This document shows, in pieces, positions 10,938 through 22,546 of a DNA stretch of 64,000 nucleotides. The notes under the pieces are model-generated. The model did no database searches. It was given only the letters and a program-made list of their open reading frames with translations, and was not told where the DNA came from. The stretch covers positions 418,528 to 482,527 of the forward strand of contig OZ025721.1 of the NCBI GenBank assembly GCA_964019335.1, written 5' to 3'. Made by a program: the position numbers and the translations under genes. The DNA comes from Diplonema japonicum. Lineage: Eukaryota > Protista > Euglenozoa: Diplonemea. Every line of letters starts with the position of its first letter. Position 1 is the stretch's first letter.

Positions 10938-12365
10938 ATGTTGAAATGGCTCAGCAATTCACGACCAAGGACAATCAGCGACGCTGGGAGTAGCGTCAGC
11001 AGCGGGGGGATATCGACAAGTGGCACCACAGTGGGAGGCCCTCCGTGGGACCATGCGGGTTACGTGGTGTTGAAGGGGAAGAAAGTGTGGCTCGAACTGT
11101 ACGGCCAGAAACTGGCCGTGTGCAAGGAACCCGACGGCAAACCCCGCGAGGTCATGAACCTGGCAAAAGCCGTAATAACGGAAGAGAAAAACCAAAAGGG
11201 AATGCACCTCTGCGGCGTCGGCTTCTTCAGCAAGAAGATAACCTGCGATGACGAAGAACCCGTAAAAATGTGGCTCCACCAGTTCCAGCTAAACGGCATC
11301 GTTGTTAAGCGACGGAAAAACACCCCATCTGACGAGACGGAAAACATCTCATTCGACTGGGTCATGATCGAAAAAGAACTGATACCCAACAAAACCGCCA
11401 CCTCCTCGATGGCTGACTACCAAATCCTTGATCCAATCGGTACCGGGGGTTTCGGGAAGGTAATGAAGGTCTCTGACAGGAAAACAAACAATCTCTACGC
11501 CATGAAAATAATACAAAAGGAACACGCTACCACTATAGAAAAAGCGGTACTCCAAAGCATCAGACATCCCTTCATAGTGGGGCTCCATTCAGTTTTTGAA
11601 ACTCGGACGAAACTATGCCTGGTAATGGACCTCCTCGAAGGCGGTGAGCTGTTTCACCACATAAAATCCGGTGCCGGATTTCCAGAGCATCGAGCAAGAT
11701 TCTACGCAGCCGAACTCGCGCTCGCGCTGACGTTTCTACACGGAGAGGGCTTCATCTATAGAGATCTGAAACCGGAAAATTGTCTCCTTGACAGCACCGG
11801 CCACGTTGTTCTAGCAGACTTCGGCCTCGCGAAAAAAATCGACCCGTACTCAACAACGTCAACATTTTGCGGAACACCAGCTTACATCGCTCCTGAGGTT
11901 CTTCAAGGGAAAGGATGTACTAAGGCCGTTGACTGGTGGGGCTGGGGTTGCTTGTTGTACATATTACTAACGGGTTCTCCTTTATTCTCCGGAACACATA
12001 ACACTCGTGTGTATGATGCGATTTTGAATTCTGAGCCGCGGTACCCTGTGGAGGTGTCAGGTGTTGCAAAGGATTTGCTTTCATCGGTTCTTGAGAAGGA
12101 GCCTCAGAAACGACTTTCTGACGGATGCGTGGTCAAGAAACATCCTTTTTTCGCGGAGATTGAGTGGACCGATTTGTTCCACAAGCGAACCCCGCCTCCA
12201 AGCTACGATTCAGCTGTGTCGGCATCCGCCTTGCAGCCGGATTCGTCGTCCGCCGATCTGTTCTTCACGGAGTTCTCAGGGAAGTTTTCCTCGCCGATCC
12301 TTCACCCCAACACCTCGGAAGAGGCTTGCAGCCCCATGGCCGGGGATTTTAGGAGCGAGTTTTGA
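10938..12365 (+). CDS. AGC-family Ser/Thr kinase with N-terminal PH-like domain (Akt/RAC-like)
   Basis: GTGGFGKV, YAMK, YRDLKPEN, DFG, TFCGTPAYIAPE, VDWW. Confidence 0.9.
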   Translation: MLKWLSNSRPRTISDAGSSVSSGGISTSGTTVGGPPWDHAGYVVLKGKKVWLELYGQKLAVCKEPDGKPREVMNLAKAVITEEKNQKGMHLCGVGFFSKKITCDDEEPVKMWLHQFQLNGIVVKRRKNTPSDETENISFDWVMIEKELIPNKTATSSMADYQILDPIGTGGFGKVMKVSDRKTNNLYAMKIIQKEHATTIEKAVLQSIRHPFIVGLHSVFETRTKLCLVMDLLEGGELFHHIKSGAGFPEHRARFYAAELALALTFLHGEGFIYRDLKPENCLLDSTGHVVLADFGLAKKIDPYSTTSTFCGTPAYIAPEVLQGKGCTKAVDWWGWGCLLYILLTGSPLFSGTHNTRVYDAILNSEPRYPVEVSGVAKDLLSSVLEKEPQKRLSDGCVVKKHPFFAEIEWTDLFHKRTPPPSYDSAVSASALQPDSSSADLFFTEFSGKFSSPILHPNTSEEACSPMAGDFRSEF

Positions 12366-12413
12366 AGATGGAAAAAAGAAAAGAAAAAAAAAAAAAAAAA
12401 AAGAAAATAGAAG

Positions 12414-12447
<34 letters not shown>

Positions 12448-12718
12448 CTCCTTCCCCCCTCAGTATTTGCTGAAGGTTGAAAATAAAGAAACTTTTTTTT
12501 TTTCTTTTTTAATCCCGGTTCATGAGACTCTACTGGAGCTCCAAAAAAAAAAAGAAGAAGAAACAGAAAAAAAAAAAAAAAAAAAGAGTGTCCTATCCAA
12601 GGAGATTTTGCTTCCTTTTTTTTATTTCTTTTTTTCTTCCTCTTATATCACATTGCCTGTCCTTTTTTTTTTTATGGGTTAAGAACTAAAGCCAGGTTCA
12701 CCCCCCCCCCCCCTGGGT

Positions 12719-13748
12719 CTATGCTGGCATGGAAACGCGTTTCCATGCATTTTTTGAAAAAAAGGGAAACGGAAACGGAAACGGCCGTTTCCTTGGGGCA
12801 GAAACGTTTCCTTATTTTGGGGGTTTTAGAGACTTATTTTTTTGGGGGCAAATCACTCGGAAGAAATATACGAGACAAAGGGGGCAAGTGTTGGTGGCGC
12901 CCTGGGGTTTCGATGAAGGATGCGATTGTGGCATCCATTTTTTGAACAGCGTCGTCAACCAGCCTTCCGCTCAGAGCTTTCCTGTCCGGTAGCTCGTACG
13001 TGGCCCCGAGCGGAAGGCGCTTCACCTTCTCAAACAGTGCCTTGAATGTTCTGTGAACAGAAAATATGAGAGGACACGAAACAGATAAACATCATACCGA
13101 TGTTCGACCCTCAAAAATGGGGTCCCAGTTTCGAGAAAGAAATCCTAGTGGGTGCGGCCTTAGCAAGTCGAAAAGGAAGTGGAATTTTAAAAAAACGGCC
13201 CGTCCACGTCGTCTGGCGTGCTTGTAGCAGTTAAAAATGGCGTCATTGGCCTGTTCTCCACTTTACGCTTCTTCGTTCCCTCTGCCTCAGCCTTCGCCTC
13301 CGCTGTCGCTTTCTCCAACAGCTTCTTGTGGGGCTCCACACTATCCCCTTTGGGGACACACGTCGCTACTCCTTGGCCTTTTGTTTGGAACATGTGGGCG
13401 CGGAGTCTGCTGGTTGACGCTACTGTGAAGACCATATCACAGAAGCGACATTTTACTGTCTTCTTCTTCCGCCTGAACCCCCACCCCACCCCACAAAGCG
13501 CCTTTCGGGGGTGCTTTCTCTGGACCATGTTTACTTTCGTTTTTGTAGAGACCGACGTGCGCTTTCCTTGTAAAACCCCAAAAGTTTACTTAAGTATCTT
13601 CAAAAACCCCAAATAAATAAGGACCTTCTAAACAGTGTTTACCGAAATATACATAGCCGTTTCCATAACCATGGAAACGCGTTTCCATGAGAATTTTAAA
13701 AACATGGAAACGGAAACGGAAACGTTTCCACGTTTCCTGCCAGCATAG
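12719..13748 (-). mobile_element. Internally deleted hAT DNA transposon
   Basis: TIRs CTATGCTGGCA / TGCCAGCATAG; perfect 8-bp TSD CCCTGGGT (12711-12718, 13749-13756); subterminal GGAAAC arrays. The minus strand encodes a BED-type finger (CRFC..RLRAH..C) and PFLRVEHRTFKALF..YELPDRKALSGRLVD. Confidence 0.92.
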
Positions 13749-15236
13749 CCCTGGGTCGGGGAAAAAAAAAAGAAAATATTTTTTTTTTTAGAGATAAATT
13801 GTGTGATTGTCGTCCGAAAGAGGAGGGTTTCCCCCTGTCTGCTCCATCTTTGGCAACTACACGAATAAAAGGAAGCAATGGGAGGGGAAAAAAAAGAAAA
13901 AAAAAAAACGAAGAAGAAGAAAAAAAAAGGACCAATTGTTACCACTTCCCTCCAGTTTTTTTTTACTTCTTATCAAAAGCTTCTCAAGGGCCTAGATGAG
14001 AGTCGAAAACAGGAGAAGAAAAAAAAAAAAAAAAGAAGAAAAGAAAGAATAAGAAAAAAATTCGATAAAAAAAAAAGATAGAGAAGCTTCTGTGTACGAC
14101 CGGCAAACAGGTAAAGAATTAATTTTTTTTTTCTTCTTCTTTCTTATATATTCGTGCGACAACCACAGCAAAACACAACAAGAGAAAATAGAAACTTCAC
14201 TCTTCCCCCAAAGTGAAAGTTTCGGGGGAGGGGGGGATAGTTTTATTCAGATATTGTTAGAAGTAAAGAAGAAAGAGAGAAGGCAGCGTACTGATGCGAG
14301 ACAAAAAATGTTTCAAAATTCATTTCATTTTCTTTTTCTTAGATGGTATTCTTGTTTTTTTTTTTTTTTTTTTTTTTTTTTCAAAAATATTTACAACAAA
14401 AAAGAAAAGAAACTCAATACGCACCGACAGCACAGACGAAATGTGCTGTTCAGGAGGAGAGGAATATTTAGATTTTTTTTTTGTTTTGTTTTTTTGTTTT
14501 CTATATATACCAAACATACTCTCCTTTGATGTGTATGAAAAAAAAAGAAAAAAAAAAAAAAATCCATTTAGAGAAAAAAAAAAAGAAGAAAGAAAAAGAA
14601 AAAAAATAAGACCGTCTTGTCTCACTTCTCCAATTCCTCATTTTTTTTTTTTTTTTTTTTTTGCTAAGTTACGGTATGTGTTACTTTCCTCTCCCCCCAC
14701 CCCGAGAGAAGCTACAAACAGGCAAAGAAAAGCAAGAAAAAAAAAAAAGAAACCTTTAGGCACACAAACCTGAAGTTTAAAAAAAAAAACTTTTCTTTTT
14801 ACATTACTGCGAGGTGAAAAAGGTTTCGGGCCGAAAAAGTCTGGGCGGAAAAAAAGAAAAAAAAAATAGCCAATTTGTCAGCCAACCAAACCTTTTCGTT
14901 TAGTTTGGTAGTTTTTTGTGTGTTTATATAGGGAAGAAAAAAAAAAGAAAAAAAAAGAGAGAGAAGAGCAAGAAATGAATTTTTTCTCCCTTCTCTTATC
15001 GTACTTCATTGGGATTTATGCGAAAGATCCCCCCCCCCCCCCCCCCCCCCTCTGGTTCTCGCTGGGGAGGTTGGAAGTGCAGCACCTCTTTTTTCTTTTT
15101 TTTTTTCTCTTTTTTTTTTTATTCGATTCTATTGTATAAAAAAAAAAAGATCTTTTTTTTCTTCTTTTTGTTCTCTCTTTTCTCTGGCTGCTGTTATTCT
15201 CTTACCTTGCTTGTATCTCCTTCCCTATTTTTTTTT

Positions 15237-15273
<37 letters not shown>

Positions 15274-15481
15274 CCTGTAGTCACCACTCCCCCTCCTTCC
15301 CTTAAACAAGGGGAATAAAAAGAGGAACAAAAAAAGTGCATGAACTTATCTCGAATTTGTAGGCCCACGCTAGCTTGCAGGTGAGCTCTAGCAGAGTGAA
15401 TCAGGCATAGTTACCTTTGCACTTGCCCGTCTTTAAACCGGGACGAAATATTTTAGAGATATTGGGATGTTATACTTTATT

Positions 15482-15513
<32 letters not shown>

Positions 15514-16190
15514 CACACACACACCAAAAAGAAAAAAAGTACCTCCTTTACATGCAAAAAAACAATTTTCCTTTTTCTCTTCAAAAAGGGGGTGGGTGGT
15601 TTTGGTCTCTTTTTAAAACAAACACAACAACAACAACAACAACAAAAAATGGGAAAGGGTTCAAGATTTAGGGGTTGCACAATTTTAGCGTCTGTTGATC
15701 GACTGGGTAACAAAGATGACAAAAAAGTTTTTTGTTTCTTTTTTCTTTTTTATATAAATGGCCACGTCATCCAGAGCAAAAAAAATCCCTTATTTTTTTT
15801 TTTTTTCTCCTGAAATTCCTCATTATCAATACACTATGCCTTCCTAGCTGCCCCAAGAATAATCCTTGACTTTCGAGATCGGAGGGATAGGGGAAGGGGA
15901 AAAAAAAGAAAACAAGAAAAAATGTAAGGGACCTTTATGTTTTTTTTTCCAGGGAGGGGGAAAAAACACAGCGCGCAGAACCGAAAGAAGAGGAGGGGAA
16001 ATAAAAATTTGTTTATTGTTAATAGCACAGGGTTGTAGGGATGAAAGAAATCCTCTTTTTTTTTTTTTTTTTAGACGGCTGTTTTTTTGCGAGGGGGAGT
16101 TTTTTTTTGTTCCCCTAAAAAGAAAGAAGAAAAGTAAGAACAAAAGGGAATGAAAAAAAAAGGAGGGGCGTGGGGAAGAAAAAAAAAAAA

Positions 16191-16221
<31 letters not shown>

Positions 16222-16448
16222 AAAAACTAGTGCTCTTCCATCCGGTGCTTCCTCTGTCACGTTTTGCTTTTTAAAAATAAATAAAAATGAAAAAGAATCC
16301 TCTCTTGCTGTCCCCCCCCCCCCCCCTTTCCCCCTTTTTATTTCTCTTCCATATATCTCAATTGTGTTTTTTTTTTTTTTTCTCTTTTTTTTTTCTCCCT
16401 ATTTTTTTTTTATATAAAAGGGGGGCGGGGGGAGAGGGAGAAGAAAAA

Positions 16449-17032
16449 ATGGGTGCATGTGTGAACAAAGAGCAGGTGTCCCAGTCAGATGCAAGAGGGG
16501 CCCATCAGCAACAGGTGGTCAATAGTCAAATGCAGCAGGTTCAGGTACAGGTTCAGATGCAAGTTCAGCAACGGCACCACATGCAACAACCACAACCACA
16601 ACCACAACCACAACAGCCTAGAATAGTGGCCCCAGAAGTAGTGACAGCCAGGACAATAGTGAATTACACACATTTGTTGAAGGATAGCCTTGTGCTGCGG
16701 AAGGCGGAAGCTTCTGGGTCATTCCACCTAGCCTTCTTGGTGGACGCGACTGTTTCCTGCATTGCAAGCATATTCTTTAACTGTGAGGAGCTGGGCAGTG
16801 TTTCCGGGAACATTTCTTTCAAACCGTTGTCCTCCACAACTCAGCTGCAGCCTCTGCGGCCGAAAAAAATGGGGGACGGGTCTTCAATCGAGGTAACTGG
16901 GGGGGGGAAAAAAAAGGAAAAAAAAAAAAAAAAAAAAAAAACAGTACACAACCGAGCAACCCATCGACTTTACCAACCTCTCACCGAATATCAACAACAA
17001 GATAAATCAGGTGTGGTGTAAGAACACAAATA

Positions 17033-17063
<31 letters not shown>

Positions 17064-17169
17064 GTGGCCGCTAGTTATTCAACTTGAAAGTACCCCTCAA
17101 GGAGGTAAACCTCAGTACCAATACACGTACACAAAGGTGAAGATAGAAACTGAAGTATGATTTTACGGG

Positions 17170-17202
<33 letters not shown>

Positions 17203-17513
17203 AGAGCATCGAAGTAGGCATGCAAAAACTGCAGGTGGGTAATGAGGTTTTTGAAGTCGAAGATATCTACGGTGCCAACATCGACGAGGGTGGGCAAGTA
17301 GAGGGGACGGCTCTCAGTGCGGTACAAGATGAAGGGTGTACCTGTGTGATCTGTCTTGAAGGAGAGCGGGAAGTCCTCATCATGCCGTGCAGGCATAAAT
17401 GTTTGTGTGCATCATGTGCTGCAGACCTGCGTAGGGAAACCAACAAGTGCCCAATGTGCCGTCGAGGGATAGAGAGCCTGCTTACTTCTACCACAACTCC
17501 TCGGCCTTCTTAG
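16449..17513 (+). CDS. MGRN1/LOG2-type RING E3 ubiquitin ligase, probably N-myristoylated; 3 introns
   Basis: Starts MGACV; WPLVIQLE; QKLQV..EVEDIYG; RING CVICL..PCRHKCLCASC..CPMCR. Introns 16893-16944, 17011-17064 and 17155-17204 restore one frame. Confidence 0.88.
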
Positions 17514-17632
17514 TTGGGAAAAGATACATTTTTTTTTTATTTGCTGGAACAAGTATACAAACTTTGGGGGGGGGGGGGGGGGGAAGAGAGCAGCTTGTCC
17601 TTTTATCCCTACTGTAGGTGAAAACGGCTTGC

Positions 17633-17664
<32 letters not shown>

Positions 17665-17732
17665 GTGGAAAAGCCTGAGATGGCCCTCCCCCCTGCCCCT
17701 GAAGGAAATCCTGACAGATTCTGTCTGTCCTG

Positions 17733-17814
<82 letters not shown>

Positions 17815-17990
17815 CCTCGGTTGTCCTCACGAAACGGTGGTGGTGGGGGGGGAGGGGGACATACAGATATAATGAAATTGCGTTTCGTCATACCTCTACA
17901 AAGACTGTCAAGACACATAAGAAAAGTCAAAAAAAAAAAGAAGAAGAAGGGAGAAGTATTCGGGTAACTGAAGTCCCCCTACTTTTCTAC

Positions 17991-18025
<35 letters not shown>

Positions 18026-18438
18026 TACCGGTGCTTTCTTAGAGGTATAGGGGATGCTCAAGGAAATGAAACGCGCTCTTTAAGGGGGAGGAAAAAGAAG
18101 AAAATAGAAGGGGAAACTGAAAAAAAGAAAAAATGAAAAAAAAAAAAGGAACACACTAGAAAGAAAACCCTTCTTTGGGTTCTTTCTTTTCAAATACTAT
18201 CCAGCGCAATAAATGAGAGGGGGGGGGGGGGATGCAGAAAAAACTAAAGAAGAGAGATCGACGAAGAAGAAAAGCCCCCCCCCCCAATATTGTAGTGAAC
18301 AATCTGCTATGGTAAAATAAAAAAAAGAAAAAAAGAAGAAGAAGAAAAAAACAAAACTCAATTTGTATGAAGGAATGACGTAAGAAGTCCCCCTTTCTCT
18401 TCCCTCTCTCTCTCTTTCTCCCTCCCCCTCTTATGTTT

Positions 18439-18475
<37 letters not shown>

Positions 18476-18606
18476 TATTCTCGTCAGAAAAAAGCTAGAA
18501 ACGACAAAAAGAAAAAAAAATCAGGAAGGTGGGGGTGAGAGAGGGCGCGGGGAAAAAAAAAAAAAAAAAGAAAATAAATAAATAAAATAAATATAAAAAA
18601 AAAGAG

Positions 18607-19038
18607 ATGGGGTGTTGTGCTGCGAAAGATGACCGGAAGGAGAGGAACCAGCAAGCAACAGGAGCCAAGCCAGTTCGAAAGCCTTCCGGGGCCTTAGTAA
18701 AAAGCCCTGAAAAGGAAGGGGAAGGTGATGCCACTTCCAGCCCAAAGCGGGCTAGCAGCCCACCCAGCTCACCCCAGAGCATGGCTAATGGTAGGAGAGC
18801 ATCCACGTCCTCCCCCCACCCAAAGCCGAATATTACGAAGTTTATACCCACCGGTGCTGTTGGTAACGAGGTTGTTGCTCCATCTTCTCCAAGTAAAACT
18901 TGCGCAGCAACTCAAGAGCAGCAACCGGAGCCTGTGAGGGACCAATATTCTAATTGTACAGATGACCGAAAACCAATGACTGAGCATGAATATCAAAAGC
19001 AGATGGGGGCCCCCAGTGAAGAGGTGTGTAGTGAACTT

Positions 19039-19075
<37 letters not shown>

Positions 19076-19111
19076 AGGAAATACCAAAGCTCGTTGTTGA
19101 AATATGCGAAT

Positions 19112-19113
<2 letters not shown>
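18607..19113 (+). CDS. Small low-complexity protein with MGCC dual-acylation start; 1 probable intron
   Basis: MGCCAAK start; in-frame GT..A-tract..CAG intron at 19024-19077. Confidence 0.7.
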
Positions 19114-19143
<30 letters not shown>

Positions 19144-20914
19144 CCCAGTGTCCAGATCTGTTCAGTAAAAAAAAAAAAAAAAAAAAAAAAAGAAGAAGAA
19201 GAAGAAGAAGAAGAAGAAGAAAAAAAGGGCGCACACAAAACTATATTGTCAAAAAAAAAGATCCCCCCCCCCCGTACTCTTTCTTGTGTTCCCCCCTTCC
19301 CCATTCTATGGTTTTTTTTTCATTTCGTTGTAATTTTGCTTTTTTTTTTTTTTTTCTTTTTTTTTTCCGCCATTCTCCTCCTCCCCCAACGCCTACGTCC
19401 ACCTTTCGGGGCTTTCTTTTTTTTTTTCTTTTTTTTCTTTTACCCTCTTTCTGGATGTGGTCGAGCACCCTTAAGCAAGATTGGCTATGAGTTGCTCGTT
19501 TGGCAAAAAAAGATTTTTTTTGTCGGGCTGATGGGGAGGGTGGAGAGTTTACTGAAGAAGAAGAAGAAGAAGAAAAGAAATTTGAGGTCAATACTGTAAA
19601 GCAAAAAAAGGGGGAGTGGGGGAAGAAAAATGAGGGATAAAGAATTACTTGTAACAAATAAAAGAAAAGAGAAAAAAAGAAATGATTGCACACCCTCTTT
19701 TTCCCTCTTTCACCCCCCCTTTTTTTTTTCCTTCTTTTTTTTTTTATCTCTCGTTTTCATTCTTGGTAGTCTCACGATATTCCCTTCCAAGGGAGAGGGG
19801 AGGGGTGTCCCCTCCCAGATTTTTGAATTGTGCATTATGCTCTGCACAAAATTACCTGTACACCAGTTTCCCCCCCTTCCCCCTTATTGTGCCTGCCCTT
19901 TGTGTCCTCCCCCTCCCAAGAAAAGAAAAAGCTCTTTTTTTTTTTTTTTTTTTACATAGTGTGTTCAATTTTTCGAGGGACAGGGGGAGTGAGAAGAGAA
20001 AGGATTTAAAAAAAGGAAAAAAGAAAAAAAAAAAAAAAAAAGAGGCGGAAGAAGAAAATAAAGGGTGGCCCCGGTGAACACACCCTATGCATATACCATA
20101 TCCCCCCCCCCCCCCCCCCCCCATGATATTGATATAAAAAGGAAGAAGAAAAAAAGTGTAATCATCCTACGAGAGCGACAGAAAAGAAAAAGAAAAAAAA
20201 AGAAAATTACTCCATTTAGCCCCAGGGTTCCCCAACTGCCCCTCCCTCTCTCCCCCCAAACCAAACCAAAGAGGAGAACACGAGGAAGAATAAGGTGAAG
20301 GGAAGAAATAATTTTATATAAAAAAAAATAAAACAGAACTACCTCCCTTCCTCCTCCCCTCCGCCCTCTCGTCTTTTCTTTTTTCTTTTTTTTTTTTTTG
20401 AAATGTGTGCAAAGAAACATGCTCACTTTATGGAAGAGGGAAGACCCAAAGAATAAATTAAAAAAAAGCAAAACAAAACAAAAAAAAAAGGGGAAAAAAA
20501 AAGAACTGATAAGGGTATGGGGCGGCTATCGTGATGTTATAAAAAGGAAAAGAAAAAGAAGAGGGGGGGAAAAAAAAAGAAACTGCGAAATATGATTCCC
20601 CACGATGCAGTTGAGCTATTGATTTCTATACACAACATGCCTAGACCGAAGGCATCAAAAGGTTTAAATCGGCTCCTGCAAGTAAAGAAGAAAAGAAAAA
20701 GAAGAAGAAGAAGCACCAGAATAATAAGTCTTTTCTTTTTCTTTTTCTTTTTTTTTTTTTTAGATGTTACCGGTCCCTTCCCATATCCCTCTTTCTGTCC
20801 CCTCCCCCCCTTTCCCAGAATAATAAAAAAAAGATTTCCCTCCCCCCCCCCCCCCCTCCCCGTTTCAATACTGCGTGATTTCTTCCTTTTTTTTTTTCCC
20901 CCTTCTTCTTCTTC

Positions 20915-20954
<40 letters not shown>

Positions 20955-21014
20955 TATTTTTTTTTCTTTTTTTTCCGCATAGGTTTTTTTTAAAAAAAAA
21001 GAAAAAAAAGAAAA

Positions 21015-21857
21015 ATGACGACGGCCGACCCGACCACCTCGGGTGCTGACCCCCACCCTCACCCGTCGTCTCAGAAGCTTTACGAAACTATCGTGGGAAT
21101 TATAAAAGAGAAGAAATTAGGAGCAGGAGTGTTTGAAGAAGACGAGCTGCAAGGGTGGGAAAGGGTAAAGGACAAAATTTCGTTTATAAGTAGATGGGTG
21201 AAAACCATCAGTGAAAGGTTGGATGTTGACCTGGCCTGCAGCGCATCGGAAATTGTGCTGAAAGGAAACGAAAAGCATGTTGACTGGCTCTGCCGGTGTA
21301 GCAAGAAGGCGGCTGAGAAACTGGTGGTGCAAAACAAATCCCCACCACCACCCCCTCCCCCTCCCCCGGAGGGAAAAGTCGAGATAGCTATGCTGTGTTT
21401 AAACGAGGACACAGCCCGAAGGAATGTTAAAGAATTCTTCGAGGAAGTTTCAGGATTGTACCATCGCGTCTTCACCTCAATCTGCTATGGACATCTGACC
21501 TTGGTGATGATGTTTAACGAGAAAGTAGAGACCTTGAGGAACAGTCTTGCCTGTGTAGAGGTTCAGAACCGCTCAGAGCTGCTGCAGCTTCAGTGCGGGA
21601 TGTTCTGCGAGATCGGGCTGGCCTTCCACACCTCGTACCCGAAACCCTTCCCTTCCTACGTTTCCGTGGCCGTCGCTCCCCCGGCACTGACTCACAGTGT
21701 GGGGACGTCTCTGTCGATAGCCCAGCTTGCTGGTGCGATCCGGCATAACAAGATATCCTTCAGAGCGTTGAAACAGGTGTTCAGCTGCCCCATCGACATG
21801 AGCCAGTCGTTCGCGTCATCGGAGCCGTCAAGCAGTGAAAGTGAGTTAAGCACATGA
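21015..21857 (+). CDS. Hypothetical protein, possible degenerate TRAF3IP1/IFT54-like N-terminal domain
   Basis: 280-aa ORF after an A-tract; GVFEEDEL..KDKISFISRWV..SEIV resembles the IFT54 N-terminus (by eye, weak). Confidence 0.55.
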   Translation: MTTADPTTSGADPHPHPSSQKLYETIVGIIKEKKLGAGVFEEDELQGWERVKDKISFISRWVKTISERLDVDLACSASEIVLKGNEKHVDWLCRCSKKAAEKLVVQNKSPPPPPPPPPEGKVEIAMLCLNEDTARRNVKEFFEEVSGLYHRVFTSICYGHLTLVMMFNEKVETLRNSLACVEVQNRSELLQLQCGMFCEIGLAFHTSYPKPFPSYVSVAVAPPALTHSVGTSLSIAQLAGAIRHNKISFRALKQVFSCPIDMSQSFASSEPSSSESELST

Positions 21858-21977
21858 CAAAAAAAAAAAAAAAAAACACACACAAATATTTTACAATATT
21901 TTTTTCTTCTTTTTTTTTTTTTTTCCCCCCCGAGTAGAGAAAAAAAAGAAGGGGGGGGGGGGGGGGGGGAAGAAGAA

Positions 21978-22481
21978 ATGACGGCAAAAAAAATATTGGA
22001 ATTTGCCTTTAGCAAGAAGATGGCCTCTCTTGGGGTGGCCGCCATTGGTGTCAACGGAGCCGCAAAGGCAGCAGAGCTCGACTTTATGAAGTCTGAGTTT
22101 GACACGTTTGGGTATCCTGATGGCCTGATGCCAGTGGTGGGGTGTCTTGAGATGGCGGGGACGATTGGCTGCCTCACGAGGAGCCCCTTCGGCCCGCCTC
22201 TTATCCTTCTCATAGGGGGTGCCGGGTGCTACAGCACTGCAAGACGGTGTTTTCTCCCCGATGTTGACCCATTGGAGAGAACGGGGGAATTAACGTTCAC
22301 GGCTATCGAGGCGGCCGTGATACATTGGATGGCCTGGCGACACGGGAACCACTTGCAAAGGCTCTACCTCGGCCCGCAGCTTTACGGAAACCTGTCCGTC
22401 TTTTTATTGGGGGGCTTGTCCGGCTACGCACTGCACACCCTCACAGGGAAGCAGCCTGTTTGGAAAGGATGGCACCAATAA
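21978..22481 (+). CDS. DoxX-like small membrane protein
   Basis: GAAKA..MKSEFDTFGYPDGLMPVVGCLEMAGTIGCL pattern; several TM segments. Confidence 0.7.
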   Translation: MTAKKILEFAFSKKMASLGVAAIGVNGAAKAAELDFMKSEFDTFGYPDGLMPVVGCLEMAGTIGCLTRSPFGPPLILLIGGAGCYSTARRCFLPDVDPLERTGELTFTAIEAAVIHWMAWRHGNHLQRLYLGPQLYGNLSVFLLGGLSGYALHTLTGKQPVWKGWHQ

Positions 22482-22546
22482 CATTTTTTCCCCCCCTTTT
22501 TTTTTTTCACAATACAATTTTTCTCCAAAGGGGGGGAGGGGAGGGA

